Virus record (IMG/VR): IMGVR_UViG_3300048691_000224
DNA: 64,000 bases
Source: a virus
Lineage: Duplodnaviria > Caudoviricetes
Strand: one strand, 5' to 3'
In this document: positions 1 to 12,607 of the stretch, piece by piece
Position numbering within the stretch: the first letter of the stretch is position 1
How the letters are laid out: the number at the start of each line of letters is the position of its first letter
Notes under the pieces: model-generated
What the model saw: the letters and a program-made list of their open reading frames with translations, nothing else
The model's database searches: none
What the model was told of the DNA's origin: nothing
Translations under genes and position numbers: made by a program

Positions 1-240
1 GATTTCGTCAGATTGTGTGTACCCAACGCATGCCTGAGTATTCTCGACAAGATACTTTGTAGTATCGATCATCAGTTGAGACATACGTTCATCGTACGGC
101 CTCTTTAATCCCTTTGTGAACTTAGAGAAACCTCGACCATCAAGCCTAGCCATTAGTGGCAGACCTTTCATGGCTTTTCTTGAGGTTTCTGCTTGCTCTA
201 GGTCCTTGAGCTTGTCGCCAAGATTATCTTTTGAACACAT
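1..240 (-). CDS. thg1: tRNA-His guanylyltransferase Thg1-like protein (N-terminal part; runs off the window edge)
   Basis: Not in the ORF track. Manual translation from ATG at 240 gives MCSKDNLGDKLKDLE...MARLDGRGFSKFTKGLKRPYDERM...VGYTQSDEI, with the Thg1 RLDG and YTQSDEI motifs. Confidence 0.9.
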   Translation of the reverse strand, partial: MCSKDNLGDKLKDLEQAETSRKAMKGLPLMARLDGRGFSKFTKGLKRPYDERMSQLMIDTTKYLVENTQACVGYTQSDEI

Positions 241-242
241 AC

Positions 243-800
243 TTAAATCTCGTGTGTTGTTGTTTGAGGTTCTTCTAACCAACGAATAAATGATTTGATT
301 ATAATGGGAATTTCTTCCTGTGGAGTTTCCCAGTGTGACGACCAGATATTGATTAATACTGCATCATCTGAGTCACGCTGTAGGAATTTACGTGTTGTTA
401 CTGAAAGAACTTTCAGTACTTTCTTATATCGCCACATGAGCCCGCGGTTGAAGTGTTGGAGATATGTGATAACTTTTTGATCTAAGCCAAGTGACTGATC
501 TGATAAGAAATCTGGTGTGAAGTATGATTGTTTATTGACTGGATTCGACGTCGATGAACACTCAATCGGAGTTTCTGAATAGATTGCAGCAATTACTTCA
601 GCTTTTGTTAGTGATGATTGCTCAGGTTCCTTGTATTCTCTATATATCACACTTGGATTCGAACATTGGCTGTCTGAATAGCCTTTATCATCAGTTGGAA
701 ATGTACAACATGAACCGGTAAAGGCACAACCACCACACCAGCCATCTGGACTAGCAATTTTAATATATTTTTTATCACCGATAATGGCAAAATCTGTCAT
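243..800 (-). CDS. Hypothetical protein with Cys-rich CxGCAF N-terminal motif
   Basis: ORF-track start is 830; SD-like AAGGA favours the ATG at 800. GWCGGCAF motif is shared with the ORFs at 5331 and 46726. Confidence 0.6.
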   Translation of the reverse strand: MTDFAIIGDKKYIKIASPDGWCGGCAFTGSCCTFPTDDKGYSDSQCSNPSVIYREYKEPEQSSLTKAEVIAAIYSETPIECSSTSNPVNKQSYFTPDFLSDQSLGLDQKVITYLQHFNRGLMWRYKKVLKVLSVTTRKFLQRDSDDAVLINIWSSHWETPQEEIPIIIKSFIRWLEEPQTTTHEI

Positions 801-1021
801 TTTAATTTCCTTAAAAGTTTTGATAATCAAAATTAACGCAATAAATCAAATAAGATATTAATCATAAATGATGCAAATATACACCAAAAAGCAAAATTTG
901 TTGATGATAACTCTGATTTTAGATCAGCTATGGTTGTTTCCATCTCATCAATAATGGACTGATATTGTTCTTCTTTATTTTGAATTTTTTTCTTTATCAT
1001 AATGTTTCCTACACTGTTACT

Positions 1022-1637
1022 TTATTTTTCAGAGGCGTCAACAAACAGTTGAATCAACTCATATTGATTTTTGAGCATGGTTTCAGCATTGTAGTATGCA
1101 TCCATCTGTCGTGGGAACAATTTGCGTGCCCTTTTAGCCATAACCAAAAAATACTTTTTAACTTCATCAGCATATTTTTTCTGCTTTTCGATAGTAAATT
1201 TGCCACGGTTCATACTTTGAAAATTATTGATGCGGTCACATAATTTAACTAAGGAGCCATTCACATCTGTGGTAAGGTTAGCAAAATACACATCATAATT
1301 TTCCCAACGATTTTTATCGAGGTAGTGTAAAGATTGCAATACGTCTTGACCAAATTGTTTGAGGATCCAAGCTTCACTCACTGCTGAGGGGTAATCTTCA
1401 AGTGTGTCATGTAAAAGAGCACATATAATGGCACCCTCCAAGTCTTGGACATCTTTCAATGTCAGAATGAACAGTGCAATCTCAAGTTGGTGTTGATACT
1501 CTGGGGTTTTACCGTCTTTTCGAAAGCCGCTATGGATATCACGGCCTTTTTCCAAGGCAATCAGAGCCTTAAAAAAATCCCATACCATGAAGGCGAAATT
1601 TGAGTGCGATGTAGAGTTTAGAAAATCTATCTACCAT
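1022..1637 (-). CDS. HD-domain (p)ppGpp hydrolase-like protein (SpoT/Mesh1 small alarmone hydrolase type), interrupted by a +1 frameshift at a T7 run
   Basis: Motifs RKDG..P(Y)..H, ALLHDTLED and VKLCDRINN match the SpoT-type HD domain. A GGAG-preceded ATG at 1637 encodes MVDRFSKLYIALKFRLHGMGFF then TAA (1569-1571), one base out of frame with the rest. Confidence 0.75.
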
Positions 1638-1672
1638 TTTTGCTCCAATTTGAGGTTTTGTGCTTATAGGGT

Positions 1673-2697
1673 CTATGCGGTAGTTGGCGATGGCTTGATG
1701 CGCCAATCTAAATTTTCGAAGTGGCGGGTGAGTGAGTGGTAGTCACGCTCTCGAATTTCTGCACTCGTGCCACTCAAATCAGTCCAGCAATCGAATGTGG
1801 TGGTGTAAAATTGTACGGCGACGTAGTTACGAATTGCAGTGAGGATGTAATTAAATCCAACAACAATAGGTTCATCTTCGGCGGTAGGTGCTACCTTCTC
1901 CCCTACCGGATACAAACCTTGCAGTTGTTCGGTGCACCGACGTAGGTAGCCTTGCCAAACACATTCAATGTAATTGTTTGAGTAGTACCCTGTTGGATCT
2001 CTTTTTAATTCCGCAGTTGCAAGTTCAGTTTTTTCAAACTCCTTGCGCCACTCTGCTATCTGTGCGTTTGTCTGTATCATTCTCGTGGTTCCTGGATTGT
2101 TATTTGCTCTTAGGGTCTATTATCCACCAACTTTTGCATTAGGTCAACCCTTATTTTCAGGAATATCAACTAACAAACTGGTATGCTTCAGGCCGCCACC
2201 CTTCTCAAATTAACGTACGTTCGTGGGTTCATCCAAATTTTGTTGCTCACCTCGCTCACTATGGTATTTCCGTCGGTGATGAAATTCGTCGTTCCGAAAA
2301 ACGAAAGCAGCCATTCATCAATTTCTTGACGAAAGGCTGGTGTAACATAGTCGCCTTGAGCCAGCTTCATCTTCGGCAAATCAGGTGTGACAATAACATC
2401 AAATCCAGTAATCATGATTACCTTCTGCGTATAGTGAGCACTTGGCGCGACGTTTGAATCATACAACATCAACCCAAGAATGGATATTCATTTTCTGACT
2501 TTCTTAATTAGATCTAGGATTTTATATTTTTGTACTGTACCGTCTCTATGTGTCACTTCAACTGGAATAACACCAATCGCGAATAACATAAACAGTACCC
2601 CGATGGTGATCAATATGTAGAACATAAAAAACCAGAGTAGGATTGTCGAGCCAACAACAATCGCTATCAATAATAAAATTTCAATAAGGTTTTTCAT
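1673..2697 (-). other. Three small hypothetical ORFs (1673-2080, 2188-2472, 2488-2697 membrane protein)
   Basis: ORF track; co-oriented with neighbours and downstream of early promoters. Confidence 0.6.
2106..2147 (-). promoter_or_regulatory. Early sigma70-type promoter cassette (first copy of a repeated family)
   Basis: Minus strand reads TTGACC-17 bp-GATAAT followed by AGACCCTAAGAGC. Confidence 0.8.
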
Positions 2698-2821
2698 TTT
2701 CTATTTTACCAAGCAGTACATGGCTCCTGTCATCTAAAACTTTAAATTGTTCCATAAATTTCGTCATTGTGTAAGGCGATAACCTTACAGATAGTTGGGA
2801 TAATTGCCTTCAATTTAATAA

Positions 2822-4048
2822 TCATGTTGTTTTATAAAAATCTATAAAACTAACTAAACGCTTCAACGAAGATGCCTTTGGTATTTCTACCGAAGGTCTT
2901 AATTCCTCTCGACGTTTGTAATCGGTCAATTCTTCCGATGAAAACCCATAAAGATCGTCAAGACCTTTATTTAAAATATTAACCGCAGCGTTTAAGTCTC
3001 TATCATGATTTGTTCCACAAGAACTACAAACCCAATCTCTTATGTGTAAACCCATATCAGTTTCTTTATGACCGCAATTAGAACACGTCTTTGAAGATGG
3101 ATACCAACGATCAATTTTCTGAAAGGACCTACCATACCAGTTCGACTTATATGCAATCATAGAAACTAGAGTCGACCAAGAAGCGTCAGAAATTGACTTC
3201 GCTAATTTTCGATTCTTAACCATCCCTTTGATATTCAAATCTTCCATGCATATGGTGTCATAATTATTAACTAACCACGTGGATAAGTTTTGATAAACCC
3301 AGTTTCTTTGATTAGATAATTTAAGATAAGACCTTGCAACTTTTAATCGTTGCTTCTCATACCTAGAACTGCCATTCACCTTTCGACTTAAATGCTGCTG
3401 TTCTCGTTTTAGTTTAGATTGGTTTTCTCTAAACCATCTTGGATTTTCAATCTTCATACCATTACTCATGATGCAAAGATGTGTAAGGCCCAAGTCAATA
3501 CCGATTGAGCGACCGGTATTTTGTTTCAACTCTATAGTTTCTTCAACTAGAATTGAAGCAAAATATTGGTTTGCTTTATTTTTAGAAATTGTTACATTCT
3601 TTACAGCGCCGGAAAACTTCCTATCTATAGACATTTTGATTGGCGTCATCTTAGGAATTTTAATCCTTGAAGTCTCAAAATTTACTTGAGAATTTGAAAA
3701 TTTCTGACCCGGAATACGAAAAGAGTCTATAGAAACTCCACGTTTCTTAAACTTCATTCTGCCCAGTTTAGACTTACGAGTTTTGGAAAAGAATTGACTT
3801 TTAGTTTCTTCAAAATCCATACGTTTTTGTTGGAGTGCGTATGAAATCGAATCGTTTAACCAACTAAACTCAGGTGTATCTTTTAAGGTTTTCTCACTCA
3901 TGGGTCGGTTAGGCCCTTCTTTTGAGAATGAGTTGAAGTTTGCAACTAACTGGTTCCACACAAAACGCACAGAACCGAAGACTTCAGAAAGATACTTTTC
4001 TTGAGTCTTAGTTGGATAAATTCTGTACTTATACGATTTTAGTTGCAT
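2822..4048 (-). mobile_element. tnpB: IS200/IS605-family TnpB RNA-guided endonuclease, no adjacent tnpA
   Basis: N-terminal YKYRIYPT HTH; RuvC motifs IGIDLG, MEDL and DRDLNAA with all three acidic residues present; CSNCG/CSSCG zinc ribbon. Confidence 0.92.
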
Positions 4049-4106
4049 TTTTTAAAAGTTTACTGGCCTATACATCTAGTTATTGTTAGTTGGTGAACAT
4101 ATTTGA

Positions 4107-4556
4107 TCATGAATTTCCTGCGTATTGTGTGAGTTTGATATAATTCCCGTACAGAGAATTTGTTTCGTCGAATGAGCGATGTTTTGAATTATAAACTATT
4201 TCTTTGATACCACATTGAATTAACAGTGATGTACATTTTGTGCATGGTGAGTGTGTCAGAACGACCGTACCACCATCAATTGAAATTCCTCTACGAGCGG
4301 CATGGGCAATCAAATTTTGTTCTGCATGGATAGTGATTGCTTCATTGGTGACCAGAATTGGGCCAATCGCATGATCTGAATATTGCTCAAACTCACAGTC
4401 ATTCGTATGAAATCCACGCACAGTACCGTTATAACCACTCGCCACAATGTTTAAACTGGAATCAGTTACTACTGCACCAACTTGCAACCTTCTTGCAGAG
4501 GAACGGGTTGCTGCAAGCTCAGCCACACCCATCAGGAAATCAATTTCGTTCGACAT
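4107..4556 (-). CDS. dCMP deaminase family protein
   Basis: QVGAVV, GYNG, HAEQN and SPCTKC zinc-deaminase motifs. Confidence 0.9.
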   Translation of the reverse strand: MSNEIDFLMGVAELAATRSSARRLQVGAVVTDSSLNIVASGYNGTVRGFHTNDCEFEQYSDHAIGPILVTNEAITIHAEQNLIAHAARRGISIDGGTVVLTHSPCTKCTSLLIQCGIKEIVYNSKHRSFDETNSLYGNYIKLTQYAGNS

Positions 4557-4568
4557 TCGATTGATATC

Positions 4569-7500
4569 TTACTGCATTGCAAATTTGTTTGCAAAGACAC
4601 CAACTGCTCTCTGTGAATTACGGCGTACAAATTCAGCATCAATTTCGTCCAGAACTGCACTTGCGTCTGCGATGGTTTGTAGTGCTTCATCGCGTTCTGT
4701 TGTGTACATTGCCACTGCATCATGCAGTGTTGAGTCTGCGAGTGTTGTTAGGTCTACGTGGTTCATTTTAATTAACTTTCTTGATGTGGCTTGCAGTTTC
4801 TACAATTGATTTTAACGTTGGGGCATCGGCCCAGCATCGTCCGCGTACCTCTGCAGCATTCACGTGAAGATCATACCCAACCCCACAATCCGCGAATACT
4901 TTAACCACTTTACCACACAGTCTTGTGGGTGGTAATGAGTACGGTGCACGAAGAAATTTTCTAGGCAGTTCATATTCAATTTCATCCCCAAAACAGATTC
5001 CTGTTCCGTCTGAATAATGATATCCAGTCAGTTCACGCTCATCATATTCTGACTCCGGTGGTGATTGATGTTCTGTTGCACCTTCAAACTTTTCTTTCAG
5101 GCGAATATATGTAGAATATTCATCTTCCGTATCGAGGAGATAATGTGTAACTTTATCAATTTCAGAATGATGTGTGGAATTCAAGCCATTAACGCTCGCA
5201 TATGCGTCCAAAACTTCTTTGACAGAAAACTTTGTTGGTTCTTGTTCAACAGGAGTTGACTCAGTATACATTGGTTGTTCCGCTGGACTCTTATAATATA
5301 CTCTCTTATATTTCGCTTGTGAAAACATAATTATTTTACCTTGAGTGTGATGAAAGTGTTAGTGAGTTTGTTAGTGACTGCCTCTGCTTCTTTACGTGTA
5401 GCGAATGTTTGATAACAAATCACCACACCATTAAGATGAATTCTAACAATACACTGTTCCTGAATTACATCTGGCTCCACAAACTCAGCAATTTTCTGGC
5501 CATTCATGTACCAGAACTTTTTCGGTTCTGGTTTGATGCGATACTCGAAATCAACATTCCAAGAAGTATTGGCGCTAGCATTAATCCAAAAATCAAGAAC
5601 TGAAGCTCGATATTCTAATTGTTTTGGCTTGCCGGCTAATAGCGACTCAGTGTATTCGCGCCATACAGCATGATGCGGGTGGGTTGATTCGTAAATTTCA
5701 GGAGTTTTCATAGTTTCTTGTTTTGGTTTGCGTATGAAGATATAATCTCCACCTTCACATTCCGTATTGCATCCGTTGATAAATGCACACCCAACACAAC
5801 TACCAACTTTTGCGGTTTTAATATATCCATCAACATTTCTCATTTTATTCTCCAATTTCCACAGTCACAGTTTCACCAATCCACTTAACAAAATCTGGGT
5901 ATTCTTCACATTCTTTCTGAAGAGCAATACTTGCAGAACTACATACAGAAACATCGAATGTACCGGCTAAGTTGGTATACAAAAAGCAACGATACGAAAT
6001 AGTACGTACTTCTGGTTTCAACCTAAACACAACATCACAGTGTGCGTAATAAATTGCTTTGAGTTTTACAATTAAAATGTATGGTCTTCCTGCGAAAGAA
6101 TTTATCCAATTAATCTGATCGGTACTGTTTTGAATTGGTACACCATCGATGACGGCTTTCATTGCTTCTGCTCTAGTGATAATCATAATTTAAATTCCTA
6201 TGTTTAGTGTAACGTATGTGTGATCGACAAAACTATCATCCATCTTGATTTCACGCTTTTCGACGGGTTCAAATGTTTGGATATATTTGTTCGTACCTGG
6301 CATTTGAACAATCGCAGCATCAGGCAAATCTTTAATGAATTCCTTGAGATCTTTCACAGTCAGATAGTTCATTAATAATCTCCGTAAAGTTCATCATAAA
6401 TTTTGTCGGAATTCTCGTACCCGGTTCTCCATGAAATAAAGCATAACTGAGTCACCAATTCTGAATATTCAGTTTTATTTCTAGTAAAGTTTAGGTATTT
6501 TGAATCAATATTTTTCTCAAAAATATTCATTAAATCCAGTGTCATCATTTCAATGAGTCGCTCTACACCTGGAAACATACCACACTTGTCACCATCGCCA
6601 TATTTGCAACCGTATTTGTATTCACCTTGATAGCAGTGTGTTGAGCAAGCCATATCAAGTACCCTCTTTCAAGATATAGAGTTGTTTAAGTAACTTAGCT
6701 GCATCAATAACAGTGATATATTCTGTAACATATCTTTTTGGGCCATCAAACGAATATTGCTCGGTCTCTCCAGTTTGAAATTCAATCTTAACCTTTGAAT
6801 ATTCAATTAGTTCAATGAGAAGTTCTAGTGTGATGTTCATTATAGCGCACTCATATTACAACCCAACACCATTACATGGGACATTGGTAATCATTTGGTT
6901 GATTGCAGTATGCAAGTTAGAATCAATCCGACTTACTGTGACAACACCAAAGCACAAACCATTTTCGGCTTTGGCATAAGTTATGCCGTCAACCAAACTT
7001 TGAGCATCTTGTGGTTTCGTCTCTTCAACAGCAGGTGTACGCGCAATTAGTGTTACCGTAACACTAATTGCGGCAATTAGTGTTACCAAAATTAGCAAAA
7101 ATAAAAATTTATATAGTTTCATACTATCCTTTATAATAACCTTCAATATCAAATTCTTCAATCAGTGAATCTAACCAACGATGTCGAAATTGTTGTACAT
7201 TTTTATATGTAAGCTGGGAGCGAGGCACTTTAACAACTTCACGTAGATAAGTTTCTACAGAATGTGGAAATGCTTTATCTGGTCGCTTGGGGAATCGTGA
7301 CATAATGATGCTTCTACAAATAGCATTAACGTCACGTTGATAATCACAATAAGAAAAAGCCATAACATCAACAATAGCATTACAAATATGCATTTGTGTT
7401 GTTGATCGACTATATGAAGTAGACCCATCACACAGTCTGGATTTAGCTGATTTAAAATAATCAGAAATATTTTTATTTGATATTTTCATATAATTCCAAT

Positions 7501-10500
7501 CACCAAGATATGTGCACAACTGGGGTAGTAGAAGGAACTTTGTTATCTTCTGAATCAAAAACGAATATATCAAGGTCAATAATTTTAACCTGATATCCAA
7601 GTTCTTTTAATTTCTTCACAACAGCGTATTGCTTCAGTGTAAATTCTGGTGAACGGAATGGGACTTTTTCTACCTTGAAGAACTCATTGGCAAGATATGC
7701 ACGAGAACCTGAGTACAATTCAATTGCTTTCTTACCAGTCTCAGCAATGCGGCGTACTTCATCCGAGATGCTAACCAAGACTGCATCATGAGTTGCATCA
7801 GATTGTTCGGTTATCTCTCGCGCTTGTTTAGCAGTTAAAAACATAATAATTCCTTAATAAACTTCACCACAAGCAACCCACCACAATTCATACCGTTGAA
7901 GTCACCACATCCATTTTCTTCGATGTGGGTAATGGCTTCATCTTCTGCGTTAAATGACTTCATTCATGTATTTCCTTTGTTTAACTTGCTCTTAGGGTCT
8001 ATTATACCCTAATTTCACATCAAGTCAACACTTTATTTCAAATTTCTTCAATTGTTCGAATGGTTTGAGCCGCAAATGTTGTATTTGCTGCAGTACGAAG
8101 CTCGCTGAGCAATTTTTTATTACTGTCTGTATCGTAGATACTTGCAACACCTTCAGTAATCTGTTGATTAACAGAACCCGTCGGATACACATTGTAGAAA
8201 GTTGGGTATGGTAGGTGTGCGTGTTTGTATTTGACAATAACAAAGTTTACTAGTTTAGTTTCAAGTACCATCAGTATTCTCCAAATTCTGCTCTGCTGCA
8301 GTTACAAACTCGTCGAGTGTTCCTGAAATTACCCTAATGTGCCCCGAATAATCGGATATGGCTATCACATTACCAATTGAAATTTGTGTGGTATAACCCT
8401 CATCCATTATCGCCAGTACAACGTCACCCAATTGGTACTTCTCGACTGTCCACATTCCACCAATTGTCTGGTAATCTCGTGGCACATAATTGGTCGGTTG
8501 TTTGACCAGTGCTCTCAGGTCACTGAATGCCTGCGTTAATTGGATTTGGTTCATTCTTGTGGTTCTTTTGGTGTGAAGAAACTGTTCAACACATCCTCTG
8601 CTTTTTGTAGAGCATTACATTCACGATGATAATAGTCAGAAAAGTAGTACCCATCGAAACCCTCCCTACATTCATCAACAATACGCTTTGTTCTTAAATA
8701 TTCATCCAATGCTTCTGTGAACTTCATGATAAATTTCCTTCACCCGATTTTAAAGTTGGCCGTAGCCATCTGGATTATCTCCAAATTTCTTCTTCAGTGA
8801 TTCAAATGTTTCTCGCTCTTGTTCTAAGCGACGGGCATCCCGAGTTTCTTCCCCAACTGTTCGCATATGATATTCTTCATCAGTTTCTTCACGTTTGGCA
8901 AAAATTGCAACATAAGAATCATCTGAGTACATGTGAGTCTCTTTGCTGAGTGTTACATTACCTTTACCGTGAATTTCAATAAAATGATTCAGTTGATCGA
9001 TTACCGATTCAGCTGAATTGTAATCGTAATCTAGTGTTCCGACTTCAACTTTGATAATTTTCTTCATTTTTAAATTCCTTATGTTGTTTCGCTCTTAGGG
9101 TCTATTATACCCTAATTTTGAGTAGAGTCAACACTTATTTTACAAACCCAACAACTTTAATTCTTCTGGTGTCATGAGCGAACGAGCCTTATCCTTTGCA
9201 GCAGAAATCCTAGCTAGTCGCTCTTGTTCCCTGGTGCGCCTTTCCACAAGGTCATCAATTTGATTTTGAAGTGTAGAAAAATCATCCTCTAAATTTCGTA
9301 AATTATGACCAATAACGGAATGAGGAAGCGTGATTTTAGAGTAGTTAGTGAACACATTCGCATCTGTATCAAATACAAACCCATCTGGTAAAATTTTCAC
9401 AGAATTTACTCCGTGTGTTGGTACGACATTTATTTCAAAGTCAAACGCAAGTTTGAACAACTTCTCAGTGTATGTTGAAATGAACAGGTTTTCTTTAATA
9501 ATCTGCTCTTGCTCAAGGCGAATAATTTCTTCGATCTTAGTTTGTTTAGCTTTTGAAATTGGTTTAGTGGTCATTTTGAATTTCCATTTCGTTAATTGCT
9601 TACTCTTAGGGTCTATTATCCCCTAAACTTAAGCAAAGTCAACAGGTTAATTTGCGTTTGGTATAACAGCTACAGCTGATTCTAGATCAGCAAAGTGATG
9701 ATAACTTGTCAACTCGGTGATGTGAATAAACGTGCTGGTGGCGATGTCATACCCCTGCAATAGCAGTGGTTGACCATCTGGTGTTGGATCGGTCCGAAGC
9801 ACCGTAACGTCTGTGGGGGTAACTATGAACGTGTAGACTTGATCACTCGCTGTGTCCATATACTCATATACTGCTGATTTCACTGTCAATTCGAAACCAC
9901 TAACATTCATGGCACTTCTCCTGCTATGGCTGCGTCGATAGCAGCGTCAAGGGTTTCAACGTCACCGACCTTACTGATTCTGTGATGCGCTGCACCAATT
10001 GCAGTGTTGATGTTGTGCATGCCAATCTCAAACCAATCACCACGCAGCCACCGATACCGCCCTGCATCCATACGCAGCGCTTTTAATTCCTCGTTGATGA
10101 TGCGGTCAACTTCACGCGCCTCTGCTGTTGCAGCAATGCTAGAGTGATACAATTCAGTCTTAAGCGCTTCTACTTCGGCTTGCAGCTTTAAAATAATTTC
10201 AAGTAGCGTTACTCTTGGGGTAGCTAGCAGTGTTTGAGCTAATTCAATTTGTCCTGTTGTGTAGTTCATGTCTTTGCTTTCAGGTAAGCGTTGACAATTC
10301 TCAGAACAGCTTCCTTGCTGCTGGACGTTGTGGTGTGATACGCGGCTACCATCTCATCGGTGATGTCGGCGGTTGTAATAGGTTGCAGTGCTTTCTCAAC
10401 CATCCACCGCTCACGTTTCAATAACTGAGCCATACTAAGCGCAGTCTGCATATCTGTTTTATCAGGTCTTGCACCTCCTAAAACACGGCAAATGAACTGG

Positions 10501-12504
10501 AGCTTGTAAAACCAGTCTGAGCCGTCATCCTCTGCAATTGGTGCGATAACGGCTGGTGACGTAGGCAATAACTTGGCACTCTTTTGAAACAATGCAGGAA
10601 CGTGTTCACCGTACTGGTAAATAATTTCGCCGTCTTTCAATGCTTTCCATTGCCACATTTGGTTAAAAAATTTAAATTCTTCTACTGGCTCCTGTTGATC
10701 AGACTGTGCTAGTAGCCCTTCTAGCATGTCAGTTACCTGCAATGCGTAGCTCGAAGACATTACAGAGATAACGTCAATAACTTGCTCAATCTGAGCCTTT
10801 GATATTGTGTAGTTCATGTTAGTCTTTTGCCTTGCGAAAACCAAACGACAAGCACCCGAAACGATAATCGTCGTCAGTCACGCCAGCTTTGAACGGCTCG
10901 GTTTCACCGTTGATGTCAACCACTGGCAAACCATCAGGTATGAATGCATACCATTCTTTTGGAAAAAGCCAGATAGTTCCGTTGTCGTCACTACCCCAAA
11001 CACCACAACCCAACGCTATTAATTCAGCATCATCTTTTAGGCTAAGATTTGCATAATCAATCTGTGGGTCAACAGCATCTACTTTAATAGTATCAATGCG
11101 CTCAAATTGCGGTGTTGCAACTTCTAAGGCTTGATCATCTTGCAATCCAATTGCAGCTTTGAAATCATCTACAAAAGAGGGTGAGTCCATGTAGATAACT
11201 GGTGTATTTGCTGGTAATTTAATACTCATTTTCATCCTTCAATAGTTGGTCGATGGTGGCTTCTATACTTGGTGTGTAGCTGACTTGCCCGTCAGTATCT
11301 ACAGCGCACCCGCTGTCAATTAGAGCGTGTGTTAAGTCCTCTGCGTCTATAAAATCGCCATCAGAGTGTGACTTGGCCACCATCGCACCAAACCACGCCA
11401 GTGGAACTAGACTATTCACGTGCATCTGAGTATTTGCACCCTGCGAGTTGAGTGCTGCTGTCTCGGTACGAGCACGTAGATAGCCTCTAAATTGCAGGTC
11501 GTGGCCGTAGTGGAGGTAGTTACCAAAACTATCAATTGGCAGATACGCATCGAACGAAGCCTCAAACTCTTCGCGCCATGCGGATATTTGTTCTGGTGAT
11601 GGGTTCATTTCCTCACCTCCAAGTTCATTTTCATTGTGCAAACTTTTTTCAGATTCATGTGTTTGTATTTTTCAACTAACGAGAATAGTCGCAGTGTGCC
11701 GTAGGGCATTACTACGCGCCAAACTTTACAGACTTTTATTTGGGGTTTCATTTGGTTTCCTTTAGTTTGGTAATGGTGGTTTAGTGTTTTCCCATAGACC
11801 AGCAGTGCTATCTCTAGGGTCATAACGAACTAGGTATTTGCCATCTCCCATTGCAAAAAACCAATTCCCTGTTCGACTTCCTACCATATGGATTTGGTCC
11901 GGAGCTAGATATGGTGCTAAATCAATAATCAAGGTTTGATAGTTTGCGACCATCTTTCTATAGTCTTCGCGGGATTCTGCCAGCTTTGCTTTTAGCTCTG
12001 CTATCTCGGCAGATTGTTCAGTGTATGCGTCTAACCCAAGCTGTTTCGCCAGCAAATCCGTGTCTTCTTTCGCAGACTTGATCCGCAAAGATTCAGACTC
12101 GCCGTAGCACCAGCAACCGCCTTCACTGACTTCAGCAAAACCAGCTGAAATTACGTCACCTGAGTGGTCAAATACTTGTCCGATGTGTGAGTGGTAAACA
12201 TCATCAGTCATAGGCCAAATGATGAAGCCTAGTTTTGTTCTTACATATTTGTGTATCATTTCAAAGCTCCTTCGGCCGCTGCATGTTGGACAACAGCGTG
12301 TGCCATATCCTGCGTCCAGCTTTTTTGTTTAATAAAACCATTGGCGACATCTTCAATCGCTTGCTTGCGTCCGTAGGCTACCCCCTTAGTAAAGTAGGTA
12401 TATGCATCTTGGCTCACCCGAGAGTGGTACTTACCATCTACGCCTAGCCGGTGGTCATATTGAGGGTATGCAGCCTCAAAAACCTTTTGTGATTCGGTAG
12501 TCAT
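4569..12504 (-). other. Block of about 22 small, tightly packed hypothetical early-gene ORFs (e.g. 4569-4766, 4768-5328, 5331-5855, 5845-6186, 6372-6653, 7500-7844, 8261-8554, 8750-9067, 9140-9574, 9647-9910, 9907-10269, 10266-10844, 10819-11235, 11219-11641, 11762-12259, 12256-12504)
   Basis: ORF track; abutting or overlapping starts and stops, AAGGA RBS motifs, interspersed early promoters. Confidence 0.7.
7988..8028 (-). promoter_or_regulatory. Early promoter cassette, canonical copy
   Basis: TTGACT-17 bp-TATAAT with TTAGGG/CCCTAA inverted repeat around the -10 box. Further copies near 9091, 9602, 12522, 26496, 42974, 46010, 46667, 47126, 54049, 55210, 56320, 59220, 59487, 62735, 63288, 63637. 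Confidence 0.85.
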
Positions 12505-12607
12505 TTGGAATTTCCTTTGTTACTCTTAGTGGTCTATTATCCCCCAAAAATGAACAAAGTCAACAGGCGCGTATTCAGCGAATACCTTTCGATACCTTAC
12601 CAAATTG

